Of a stretch of DNA of 64,000 bases, positions 1 to 11,433 are shown in pieces (positions within the stretch are counted from its first letter, which is position 1; each line of letters opens with the position of its first letter). Made by a program: the position numbers and the translations under genes. The notes under the pieces are model-generated. The model saw only the letters and a list, made by a program, of their open reading frames with translations. It had not been told where the DNA came from and did no database searches. Origin of the DNA: Candidatus Wolfebacteria bacterium GW2011_GWA1_44_24 (GTDB taxonomy: Bacteria > Patescibacteriota > Minisyncoccia > UBA6257 > UBA9933); contig LCIO01000001.1 of assembly GCA_001001115.1 (NCBI GenBank), forward strand, positions 71,501 to 135,500, written 5' to 3'.

Positions 1-546
1 CAAAACCGTAGAATATGGTTCTGCGATTTGCCAATTTCATAGTTTCTCGCGTTAATCCTTTTGCCCAATAATAACCGATTATTGCCGAGCTTAAAACATG
101 GAGCAATGTGGCGCCCGCAAAACGAAAAGTGACTATTCCGAGAACTTCCGCCAATTCCAAATGCTGTCCCGCAAAATTTCCGAAAACCACGAAAATGTTT
201 TCCAAAGCCGCGAATCCCAAAGCCGCGGTGACCATATACATCATCGCGTCAATCGGTTCGTCAAAAAATTTATTTTTATAAACCGCCAAATAAACGACCA
301 GAAATTTCAGGATTTCTTCGCTGGCTCCAAAAACAAAAAAAGAAAAAATACCGTAATGGCTGATTTTCAAATATTCAAAAAATTCCCGTAGAAAGAATTG
401 GAAAACTACGGCAGCCAAAGCGATTAAAGCGCCGTCCAAAAAAATCCGGGCAATCATTTTTTTCGGCTCCGGATGGATATCTTCTTTCAGAAAGAAAATA
501 AGCCAGACAAAAGAAGGAAGAAGGCCGAAAATCACAGCAAAGAGAA
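1..546 (-). CDS. PrsW-family intramembrane protease, partial (N-terminal part; continues beyond the window start)
   Basis: Minus-strand translation from the ATG at 544-546 gives MVILFAVIFGLLPSFVWLIFFLKED... It has several TM segments plus EEILKF (EExxK) and FAALENIF (FxxxExxxN) motifs typical of PrsW/CAAX-like proteases. It is absent from the ORF track because no stop lies inside the window. Confidence 0.5.
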
Positions 547-2751
547 TTACCATTTTTCTATTATTAACATTTTCTTATTTTCGGCTTGCCCCAAGCCGCG
601 TAGAACGGGTAAATACGACCAGATTTCTTCGGTAATGAACGGCATAAAAGGATGCAACAATTTAATACTGCCTTTTAAAATTTCCAATAAAATATATTGA
701 GCCGCTAATTTATCTTTTTTATTTTCATTATTTAGTCGCGGTTTCATTTCTTCTATGATTTTATCACAAAAAATATGCCAAAAATAATGGTAAATTTTTT
801 CGCTTGCCGCGTAAAATTTAAAAGATTCCATAAGATTAGAAATATCTTTTTTAATTTTTGATAATTCATTCAATTTCTTTTTATCAGTCGCGCTTAATTT
901 CGGCTTTGATTTAAAATCAAAATTTTCAGAATTTATCAGAACAAAACGGCTTGCTTGCCAAATTTTATTGGCAAAATTTCGATAGCCGCGAACTTTATCT
1001 TCTGAAAATACCGGATCGTTCCCCGGCGTATTGCCTACAATCAAGGCCATTCTCAAAGCATCGGCTCCGTATTCATTAACAACGCCGAGCGGATCAATGA
1101 CATTACCTTTTGATTTTGACATTTTTTGCTTGAATTCATCGCGTATCAATCCGTGAAGATAAACATTTTTAAAAGGAATTTTTTTGGCGCGATAAATTCC
1201 GAGCATTATCATCCTTGCCACCCAAAAAAACAAAATATCCCAGCCGGTTTCCATCACGTTTGTCGGATAAAAATTTTTAAAATCTTTTTTGTCGGGATAG
1301 CCCAAAGTTAAAAACGGCCACTGACCCGAAGAAAACCATGTGTCAAAAACATCCAGGTCTTGTTTAATTTCAACGCTTGAACATCTAGCGCATCTGGCCG
1401 GTTTTTCTTTTGAAATAATCCATTCTCGGCAATTTTCACATTGCCATGCCGGAATCCGAATGCCCCAGACAATCTGGCGCGAGATATTCCAATCGCGGAT
1501 ATTTTTTAACCAATGAAAATAAACTTTTTTAAATCTTTCGGGAATAAATTTTATCCGCCCTTTTTTGACGGCTTCAACGGCGGATTTCGCCAACGGCTTC
1601 ATTTTTACGAACCATTGTTCCATCAATCTCGGTTCAATGACATTTTTACACTTGTAGCATAAGGCGATATTATGGCGATAAGTCAAATCGATTTTTTCAA
1701 TCAATCCTTTTTTCTCCAGGTCTTCAACAATTAATTTTCGCGCTTCCGAAATTTTAAGTCCTTCGTATTTTTTAGCCTCTTCGCTATCCGGAAAATGCCT
1801 TATTAAATTCATCTTGCCGTATTTGTTTATCACTTCGCGGGGCCCTTCAATTTCGTTCTTATGCCTTTGCCATATTTCGTAATCGTTCAAATCGTGGGCC
1901 GGAGTGACTTTTACCGCGCCGGTTCCGAATTCGGGGTCAACCGCCGGATCGGCAATTACTTTTAATTTAACCTTCGCGATAACGACATCAACTTCTATTT
2001 CTTTCCCCGTTAAACTTTTATACCTTTTATCTCCGGGATTAACGGCTATCGCCGTGTCTCCGAAAATGGTTTCTGGCCGCACGGTCGCAACCGTCAACGG
2101 GCCGTACTTTATATAATATAAAGGATCAATGCGCTCCTCGTGAACAATTTCCAAATCGGAAAAACCGGTCTGATGCTTGACACACCAATGGACAAGACGG
2201 TTGCCGCGATAAATCAATCCTTCTTTATAAAAATCAACGAAGGCTTCCTGCGTTTTGGAAATAATATCTTCGTCTAATGTAAATTTTTTTCTCGACCAAT
2301 CGCAGGAAGCGCCGAGTTTGCGAATCTGATTTTCCATCAACGCTTTATTTTTTTGGGTGAAATCCCATATTTCCTGATAAAATTTTTCTCGGGCGATCTC
2401 AAATCTGTTTCTGCCCTCTTTTTCAATTATTTTGTCGTAAACGATTTGAGTTTCAAAACCGGCATGATCGGCGCCGGGAAGCCACAATGTTTTATCGCCT
2501 TTCATCCGTCGGTAACGGATCATTATGTCTTCAAGAGCCAGCATTAAAGCATGTCCCAAATGTAAAGAGCCGTTGGCGTTCGGTGGCGGCATTATTATCG
2601 TAAAAGTTTTTTTTCTTTTTCCCGGAAGATTATCGGGATTAAAAAATCCGCTTTTCTCCCAAAGTTTGTAAATTTTTTCTTCAATTTCCCTGGGATTATA
2701 GGGATTATCGAATTGCTTCAACATAAATTTGCGTTTGATTCGGGTCGGCAA
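547..2751 (-). CDS. valS: valine--tRNA ligase (short form lacking the C-terminal coiled coil)
   Basis: 734 aa class I aaRS with PPPNANGSLHLGHAL (HIGH-type) and KMSKSKGNVIDP (KMSKS) motifs and an editing-domain region. An alternative start at the second Met (about 2724) would remove the overlap with the upstream gene. Confidence 0.8.
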   Translation of the reverse strand: MPTRIKRKFMLKQFDNPYNPREIEEKIYKLWEKSGFFNPDNLPGKRKKTFTIIMPPPNANGSLHLGHALMLALEDIMIRYRRMKGDKTLWLPGADHAGFETQIVYDKIIEKEGRNRFEIAREKFYQEIWDFTQKNKALMENQIRKLGASCDWSRKKFTLDEDIISKTQEAFVDFYKEGLIYRGNRLVHWCVKHQTGFSDLEIVHEERIDPLYYIKYGPLTVATVRPETIFGDTAIAVNPGDKRYKSLTGKEIEVDVVIAKVKLKVIADPAVDPEFGTGAVKVTPAHDLNDYEIWQRHKNEIEGPREVINKYGKMNLIRHFPDSEEAKKYEGLKISEARKLIVEDLEKKGLIEKIDLTYRHNIALCYKCKNVIEPRLMEQWFVKMKPLAKSAVEAVKKGRIKFIPERFKKVYFHWLKNIRDWNISRQIVWGIRIPAWQCENCREWIISKEKPARCARCSSVEIKQDLDVFDTWFSSGQWPFLTLGYPDKKDFKNFYPTNVMETGWDILFFWVARMIMLGIYRAKKIPFKNVYLHGLIRDEFKQKMSKSKGNVIDPLGVVNEYGADALRMALIVGNTPGNDPVFSEDKVRGYRNFANKIWQASRFVLINSENFDFKSKPKLSATDKKKLNELSKIKKDISNLMESFKFYAASEKIYHYFWHIFCDKIIEEMKPRLNNENKKDKLAAQYILLEILKGSIKLLHPFMPFITEEIWSYLPVLRGLGQAENKKMLIIEKW

Positions 2752-3547
2752 GATTGAAATTGAGCAACGGCGACGCGGTTGCCGTCATTAAAGAAACGTT
2801 TTGAGGAAAAGCGATTCGGAAAAAAAAATCTTCAAATGCTTTTAAATTTTCCAGTTCGGTTTTGGAAACACTGATTTTCACGCCATTTTTATTCGCCAAA
2901 AAACCGATAATTCTTAATCTTGAAAGAAGAAAAGCGTTGTTATTCAAAACAAATCCGCTTGTTTCTATTTTTATTTTATCTTCAGCCATTGCCGTTTTCG
3001 CCTCCCTAATCTGAATTTTAGGGCGTTCAAATTCGCTTTTCGATTTCCAGCCGACATCGGCGATGGATATTCTGATATCCGAAACATCTCTCGGATTAAT
3101 TTCAAGCGGCTCAACGATATATTTTATTTCAGCCGCGTAAATGAAAGATTTTCGGGTTAAACTTTTAATTTTTCCTCCATTTTTGCCGTAAATATCCAGA
3201 GTGTAAGAAAAACCGTCGGCGCCGTAATTGGCGTTGGAATTTTTGATTTCCGCCGCAACCGCGATTTTATCGCCGGTTGGAAAATATTTTACCCAATTTA
3301 CTTGAATCGGAGATAGAGTTTTAATTTCGCAGGATTGACATGACCCGCCGCAATCAATGCCGGTTTCGCTTTGATTTTGTCTATTATCAAAACAACTCGG
3401 CGCCTGTTTTATTATAAAAAAATAAATGCCGTAAAAAATCAAAGAAAAGAAAAACAAATATCCGGCGCCGTAAAGAAGCTGTTTTACTAAACGTTTATTC
3501 ATATTAAATAATTTTAACAAAAAAAATGAAAACAAAAAAGCCGGCAA
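2705..3547 (-). CDS. hypothetical membrane-anchored protein
   Basis: 280 aa ORF with an N-terminal hydrophobic segment and no recognisable motif. Confidence 0.35.
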   Translation of the reverse strand: MPAFLFSFFLLKLFNMNKRLVKQLLYGAGYLFFFSLIFYGIYFFIIKQAPSCFDNRQNQSETGIDCGGSCQSCEIKTLSPIQVNWVKYFPTGDKIAVAAEIKNSNANYGADGFSYTLDIYGKNGGKIKSLTRKSFIYAAEIKYIVEPLEINPRDVSDIRISIADVGWKSKSEFERPKIQIREAKTAMAEDKIKIETSGFVLNNNAFLLSRLRIIGFLANKNGVKISVSKTELENLKAFEDFFFRIAFPQNVSLMTATASPLLNFNLADPNQTQIYVEAIR

Positions 3548-3653
3548 ACCCTACTTTCCCAGCCGCCGAAGCAGCAAGTATCATCGGGACCGTACGCTTT
3601 CACTTCTCTGTTCGGAATGGGAAGAGGTGGGACACATACGGTTAAATCACCGG
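3541..3653 (-). rRNA. rrf: 5S rRNA
   Basis: The reverse complement reads CCGGTGATT...GTCCCACCTCTTCCCATTCCGAACAGAGAAGTGAAAGCGTACGGTCCCGATGATACTTG...GCCGG. This matches the conserved 5S core (CCGAAC.CAGAAGTGAAAC..) and the terminal helix I pairing. Confidence 0.8.
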
Positions 3654-3711
3654 CTTATTTATTTATTCAATTTATTAAATCCTGAACCGAATTACGCGCT
3701 CGGCGCTCCGG

Positions 3712-6688
<2,977 letters not shown>

Positions 6689-6843
6689 CTTCTAAAAACC
6701 AGAGCGCTGAATGCGCAACGCTCCGATTTCGGGACTTAAAAATTGGATTTTTCAGTTTTCAACGAGCAATCGGCCGGTTGTTTCATCTTTAGCATTCCAC
6801 TTTCAATCATCTTGAACCGATGAGCGAAAGCGGAGCGCCAATG

Positions 6844-6868
6844 AAATAAAAAATCCGCCTTGAGGCGG
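6844..6868 (-). terminator. rho-independent terminator between the cupin gene and the 23S rRNA
   Basis: Hairpin CCGCC-TTGA-GGCGG; on the minus strand it is followed by a U-run (plus-strand AATAAAAAAT precedes the stem). Confidence 0.4.
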
Positions 6869-6994
6869 ACAAACATCGACAAAACGCAAATTTCGCCGAA
6901 TGATTCATCCGCTTGATATGTTTAATAATTTAATCATCTTATTTGTAAATTATATGTTTGCGCCCCAATTCTTGTCAATAGACAAAATGACAAT

Positions 6995-7363
6995 TTAGTA
7001 TTCTTCTTTCATCGCCTCGGCTTTGGTTTTTTGAATTCGGTCTGCCGGATGATTCACCGGCGAATAAACGGTGTAAATCTTCAACGGCGTTGAGCCGGTA
7101 TTCCTGAAATTGTGCTTGACGCCGGCATTAACAAAAACCAAATCCCCTTCTTTTACTGGCGACGGCTGGCTCTCTATCACCGCCTCGCCATTGCCTTGAA
7201 CAAAAACCAAAATCTGATCAACGGCGTCGTGAACTTCTTCGCCAATGTCTTCTCTCGGCAACAAAGACATTAAAACAATCTGGGAATGTTTTCCCGTACT
7301 GACCACCTGCCGGAAATTTTCGTTTTGCTTGGCGAGCTCAATTATATTTTTATGAAAAACCAT
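6995..7363 (-). CDS. cupin domain protein
   Basis: 122 aa; beta-barrel cupin-like region GDLVFVNAGVKHNFRNTGSTPLKIYTVYSP. Confidence 0.55.
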   Translation of the reverse strand: MVFHKNIIELAKQNENFRQVVSTGKHSQIVLMSLLPREDIGEEVHDAVDQILVFVQGNGEAVIESQPSPVKEGDLVFVNAGVKHNFRNTGSTPLKIYTVYSPVNHPADRIQKTKAEAMKEEY

Positions 7364-7369
7364 ATTATT

Positions 7370-7498
7370 TTATTTTTCCAATTTTTCGAAATGAGATTTT
7401 GAAACGCCGCACCGCGGACAAATATCCGGCGGATTATCGCCTTCGTGGATATAGCCGCAAACATCGCATTTCCATTTTGTCGATTTTTCTTCCGCCAT
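7370..7498 (-). CDS. small rubredoxin-like zinc-ribbon protein (42 aa), hand-called
   Basis: Minus-strand ORF MAEEKSTKWKCDVCGYIHEGDNPPDICPRCGVSKSHFEKLEK with a CxxC...CPxCG motif pair typical of rubredoxin-type metal-binding knuckles. It sits immediately upstream of the cupin gene and is below the ORF-track length cutoff. Confidence 0.4.
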   Translation of the reverse strand: MAEEKSTKWKCDVCGYIHEGDNPPDICPRCGVSKSHFEKLEK

Positions 7499-7542
7499 AA
7501 TAATCTTATTATATATCTATTTTATTATAAATCAAAATTAGC

Positions 7543-7617
7543 TGGGGTGCCCGATGGGAATCGAACCCACGTTGCCGCTGCCACAGAGCGGAGCTTTACC
7601 ATTAAGCTACGGGCACC
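7543..7617 (-). tRNA. tRNA-His (anticodon GTG), G-1 present, CCA encoded
   Basis: The reverse complement folds as a cloverleaf with acceptor GTGCCCG/CGGGCAC plus an extra 5' G(-1) facing discriminator C. The D stem is GCTT/AAGC, the anticodon stem CCGCT/AGCGG with loop CTGTGGC, and the T stem GTGGG/CCCAT with loop TTCGATT. Confidence 0.85.
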
Positions 7618-7618
7618 A

Positions 7619-7704
7619 TGGTGCCCGGGGTGGGACTCGAACCCACAACCTTTTTAAAGGCACGGATTTTAAGTCCGCTGCGTAAACCATTCCGCCACCC
7701 GGGC
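7619..7704 (-). tRNA. tRNA-Leu (anticodon TAA), type II long variable arm, CCA encoded
   Basis: Acceptor GCCCGGG/CCCGGGC, anticodon stem GCGGA/TCCGT with loop CTTAAAA, long variable arm CCTTT..AAAGG, and T stem GTGGG/CCCAC. It lies 1 nt from tRNA-His. Confidence 0.85.
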
Positions 7705-7708
7705 ATTG

Positions 7709-7780
7709 AGGCCTGAGGGAGAATCGAACTCCCGTATAAGAGTTTTGCAGACTCTCGCCTTACCACTTGGCTATCAGGCC
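7709..7780 (-). tRNA. tRNA-Cys (anticodon GCA), CCA not encoded
   Basis: Acceptor GGCCTGA/TCAGGCC, anticodon stem AGAGT/ACTCT with loop CTGCAAA, and T arm GGGAG-TTCGATT-CTCCC. Confidence 0.85.
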
Positions 7781-7809
7781 GTTGAATTTATAAAAATTAT
7801 AATTATTTA

Positions 7810-9214
7810 TTACATCCAAAGCAAGTGGTCTCCTTCTTTTATAAGAATATCCGATTCAAACATTAAGCCGCATTCTTCTTCGGTTTTTACTTCATTAACT
7901 GTCTGTTTTTGCCGGCGCAAGCTGGAAATTTTGCCGGTTCCGATTTCGTTGTTTTCTCTGACGATTTTCAGGCGAATATTATTTTTGATGACACCTGTAA
8001 CGACCCGTCCGCCAATCAATTGTTTTTTGCCTTTTGGCGAACTGAAAATTTTAAGAATTTCCAGTTCAGCTTGAGGCAATGGTTTTTCCAACAACCTTGC
8101 TTCTTGTTTAAGCAAATCAATCAATTCATAGATGATTCCCGAGGAAATAATTTTAATATTTTGGGCTTTGACAAAACTTTCCGCGACTTTATTGATTTTT
8201 GTTTTGAAGGCGACAATAACGGCGTTGGAATTAACGGCGTCTTTGACATCGCCATCGGTAATCTCACCGATTGATTCTTTTAATATATTTATTTTAATGT
8301 TTCCAAAATCGGTATTTTTAATGATTTCCGAGAGAATTTCCAAAGAACCGCTGACATCGGCTTTAAGAATCGTATTAAAAATCCGAAAATATCCACCCGC
8401 CGGGACGCCTATTTCTTGAACTCGCGGAATCGGCGAAATAATATCCGCGGCGGGCGCGGCCGCGGAAAATCAAAGCCGGACTCGAAGGCCGAAGTTCTGC
8501 CGTTTTTTCTCCCAAAAAATTCTCCAAAATTTTTATTTTTCCGCCGGCGCCGAAAGTGGCAATTTTATCTCCGATTTTCAAAATTCCGTTCTCCGCGATG
8601 ACGGAAACGACGATCCCGCGGCGATTGTCGGATTTCGCTTCGATAATCACGCCGCCGGCGTCAGCGTCCGGATTGTAAGTCAAATTTTCCATTTCAGCCG
8701 CCAACAAAACCAAGTCCAGTAATTCATCGACTCCTTGGCCGGTTTTGGCTGAAATTGCCTGCCAGGAAACATTGCCGCCGCGGCCCTCAAGCAAAACGCC
8801 GTTTGCCGTCAAATCGTTGATGGTTTTTTCAATGTCCGCGTTCGACTTGTCTATTTTGTTAACGGCGACGACAAACGGCGTTTTGGCCGAATTCAAAATT
8901 TCAATGGATTCTTTAGTTTGAGGTTTAACGCCGTCGTCGGCCGCCACCACTAAAATCGCCAAATCAGCCGCAATAGCTCCCCGAGAACGCATTTTTGAAA
9001 ACGCTTCGTGTCCGGGCGTATCGATAAAGGTTATTTTTTTGCCATTATGAATAATTTCATAAGCGCCGATTGATTGAGTTATGCCGCCGGCTTCCCTGGC
9101 GACAAAATTGGTCTTGCGGATAAAATCCAGCAAACTGGTTTTGCCGTGGTCAACGTGTCCAAGAACCGCCACAATCGGCGGCCGGATTATTAAATTTTTG
9201 ACTTTTTCTGTCAT
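7810..9214 (-). CDS. infB: translation initiation factor IF-2 (short form starting at the G domain); reading frame interrupted as assembled (two ORFs, 8375-9214 and 7810-8343)
   Basis: The upstream ORF carries the GTPase motifs [23 protein letters not shown] and NKIDK plus a domain II beta-barrel. The downstream ORF is in a different frame; read upstream of its TTG it gives ...[35 protein letters not shown], the conserved IF2 VKADVQGS region and C-terminal barrel. The two frames differ by 1 nt, and the switch lies near 8413-8497, where there is a GC-rich GCGGCGGGCGCGGCCGCGG tract. Confidence 0.8.
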
Positions 9215-9307
9215 GATTGGAAAGGCTAACAGAAAAAATTGACAAACACAAGATTTTTTATAATTCTTGATTCTTGATTCATTATTCAGTATTCTTAACG
9301 AAAGAAT

Positions 9308-9397
9308 GGAGGCGTGGCTGAGCGGTTTAAAGCAGCATCCTGCTAAGATGTTAGGGGAGCAATCCTCTCGGAGGTTCGAATCCTCCCGCCTCCGCCA
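9308..9397 (+). tRNA. tRNA-Ser (anticodon GCT), long variable arm, CCA encoded
   Basis: Acceptor GGAGGCG/CGCCTCC, anticodon stem GCATC/GATGT with loop CTGCTAA, variable arm GGGGAGCAATCCTCTC, and T arm GGAGG-TTCGAAT-CCTCC. Confidence 0.85.
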
Positions 9398-9411
9398 AGT
9401 TGGGAAAAATT

Positions 9412-9909
9412 ATGAACAGCGAATTAATTGAAATAATTTGGCAAATTTCGGAAGAAGAATTTAGGTCAAAAGATATTTCTTGGCGCTGGTTAAGTTTGAT
9501 TGCGGCGATAGTTTTGCTGGCTTTTGCTTTTTGGCAAAAGAATTTTTTATTCGCGATTTTTGTGGTTATTGCTTTTTTAACGCTCAATGTTTTGTCCGGC
9601 CGCTTTCCGACAATCTGGGAATTCAAACTGAACAAAGAAGAAATATCTCTTAATTCGCTCAAAGGAGAGGGCAAAAAATCTTATTCTCTAAAAGATATCG
9701 AGAGTTTTGACATTCATGAAGAAATCGGCGGCGTTGAAAATTACAAAGAATTGGTGTTAAAATTAAAATCTCAATTTTCGCCGTTTTTAAAAATCAATAT
9801 TCATTCGGAAGACGAACAAAAAATCAATGAATTTCTTTTAAAATTCATCCCGCGGGAAGAACATCCGAAGTCGCTGATTGATTCATTGCAAAAATTAACG
9901 GGATTTTAA
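9412..9909 (+). CDS. hypothetical membrane protein
   Basis: ORF-track 9400-9909 begins at TTG; the first ATG is at 9412 (MNSELIEIIWQ...). Two predicted TM helices and no motif. Confidence 0.35.
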   Translation: MNSELIEIIWQISEEEFRSKDISWRWLSLIAAIVLLAFAFWQKNFLFAIFVVIAFLTLNVLSGRFPTIWEFKLNKEEISLNSLKGEGKKSYSLKDIESFDIHEEIGGVENYKELVLKLKSQFSPFLKINIHSEDEQKINEFLLKFIPREEHPKSLIDSLQKLTGF

Positions 9910-9912
9910 AAC

Positions 9913-9984
9913 GCCCTCGTCGTTCAACGGATAGGACGCAAGATTGCGGATCTTGCAATAGGGGTTCGATTCCTCTCGAGGGCA
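9913..9984 (+). tRNA. tRNA-Arg (anticodon GCG), CCA not encoded
   Basis: Acceptor GCCCTCG/CGAGGGC, D stem GTTC/GGAC, perfect anticodon stem CAAGA/TCTTG with loop TTGCGGA (positions 34-36 = GCG), and T arm AGGGG-TTCGATT-CCTCT. Confidence 0.7.
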
Positions 9985-9995
9985 TAATTAAATAG

Positions 9996-10028
9996 AAAAA
10001 TCCCGTTTGTTTACAAACGGGATTTTTT
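9996..10028. terminator. bidirectional rho-independent terminator
   Basis: AAAAA-TCCCGTTTGT-TT-ACAAACGGGA-TTTTTT. It serves the plus-strand tRNA/ORF unit and the minus-strand gene ending at 10043. Confidence 0.6.
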
Positions 10029-10042
10029 AAAACTTTCCGATT

Positions 10043-10618
10043 TTAATGAAGGAACGGATGATGATTATTGAACGCGCCACTTTCTTCTGTTTCTTTTGTT
10101 TCTTCTTGGAAAAAACGTCTAACGATATATGGCCGGGGCGTAATCAGGCCAAAATGGGAATGATGAGGAAGAATAACAGGAAAAGCGATTGTGAGCGGAC
10201 CAGATAAATTGTTGTTTATCGCGCGCGTTATTGGTATACGACAACAGACAATCCATTTTTCCTCGTCTCCTTCAGCCACATTTCCGGCTATTTCTTTAAT
10301 CTCTTCTTGATACGGCCAGTCCTTAATTTGGCCGATAAATAACACTCCCCACGACAAAAGCGCTTCTTTTGAAAAAATTACTTTCTCAAGTTCGCCGTTA
10401 AGCAAAGTTTGAGTCGTTGAATTTATCAAAAGAGGAAGAGGAAAATAAAACTGAAGCAAGCCGAAATTATTTTCTTCCTCCGTTTCTCCAAACCATTGAA
10501 GCGCCACTATCTTTTTTGCGGAATCGCCATGTTTTACTTCTACGGCAAAAACGGCCGGGTATTTTACGTATTTATTTCTGTCAATAAAAGCCGCCAATAA
10601 ATGTTTTTTTCCGTCCAT
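10043..10618 (-). CDS. hypothetical protein
   Basis: 191 aa ORF with no recognisable motif. Confidence 0.3.
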   Translation of the reverse strand: MDGKKHLLAAFIDRNKYVKYPAVFAVEVKHGDSAKKIVALQWFGETEEENNFGLLQFYFPLPLLINSTTQTLLNGELEKVIFSKEALLSWGVLFIGQIKDWPYQEEIKEIAGNVAEGDEEKWIVCCRIPITRAINNNLSGPLTIAFPVILPHHSHFGLITPRPYIVRRFFQEETKETEESGAFNNHHPFLH

Positions 10619-10700
10619 TTATCCCTCCTTTTAAGTTATCAAATACGAAATTCGAAGCTGCTTAGAGTATGCCAAAATGCGATTAAAAAGTCAAAATCAT

Positions 10701-11372
10701 TTATGGAATAATCAGCGCGAACTCCCCCTTTCCTTTTTTGCCGCTGAAATAATTTTTTACTTGTTCAACGCTTCCCCAAAAACGCTCCTCGTGGATTTTG
10801 GTCAACTCTTTGACAATAAAAATCTTGCAATCTTTGCCGAAAATCTCCGCTAAATTATCAAGGGTTTTAATTAAGCGATGGGGCGATTCATATAAGATAA
10901 TCGGCCTGATTCCATTATCTTTTAAATTTTGAAAAAATTTCAGCCGTTTTTTCTTTGACGGCGGATAACCGGCAAAAACAAATTGATTGGCAAAAATTCC
11001 GGCGATTGATAAAGCCGCCACCGTAGCCGACGGTCCAGGAATCGTCATGATTTTCGCTTCCGGCAATTCCTTGTTAATATAAGCCACTAAAAGCGCGCCG
11101 GGGTCGGAAATCGCCGGCGTGCCCGCGTCGGAAACCAAAGCGACGCTCTCCCCTTTTTGAAGCCGAGAATTAATTTCTCGATAAGTTTTTTCCGGATAAT
11201 ATTCATTATACCGCTCAAGAGGCGTATGAATATCGTAATGCGAAAGTAGTTTTTTGGTGATTCGCGTGTCTTCGGCCAAAATCAAATCAACGCTTTTTAA
11301 TATCTCCAAAGCTCGCAAAGTAATATCTTTTAAGTTGCCTATTGGAGTGGCAACGATATATAAAGCGCCCAT
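10701..11372 (-). CDS. rsmI: 16S rRNA (cytidine1402-2'-O)-methyltransferase
   Basis: Tetrapyrrole-methylase fold with N-terminus MGALYIVATPIGNLKDITLRALEILKSVDLILAEDTR, typical of RsmI. Confidence 0.75.
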   Translation of the reverse strand: MGALYIVATPIGNLKDITLRALEILKSVDLILAEDTRITKKLLSHYDIHTPLERYNEYYPEKTYREINSRLQKGESVALVSDAGTPAISDPGALLVAYINKELPEAKIMTIPGPSATVAALSIAGIFANQFVFAGYPPSKKKRLKFFQNLKDNGIRPIILYESPHRLIKTLDNLAEIFGKDCKIFIVKELTKIHEERFWGSVEQVKNYFSGKKGKGEFALIIP

Positions 11373-11433
11373 TTGAAATTACAATAATAAATTATATGGA
11401 TTTGTCAAAATAATAATAAAAAAGGCCCCTAAA

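Noticed and set aside
98-700. Plus-strand ORFs 98-391 and 473-700.
   Set aside because: They are antisense to the PrsW-like membrane protease (minus strand), whose TM-rich sequence and motifs are convincing; shadow ORFs.
7445-8074. ORFs 7445-7657 (plus strand) and 7706-8074 (plus strand).
   Set aside because: They overlap the three hand-folded tRNA genes and the IF-2 C-terminal coding region on the opposite strand, and start at GTG/TTG; spurious.
9239-9264. TTGACA...TATAAT-like elements upstream of tRNA-Ser(GCT) as a promoter.
   Set aside because: The spacer is only about 14-15 nt by my count, which is suboptimal for sigma70; it is kept out of the feature list.
9351-9674. Minus-strand ORF 9351-9674 (107 aa).
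   Set aside because: It overlaps tRNA-Ser(GCT) and the plus-strand membrane-protein gene; no support.
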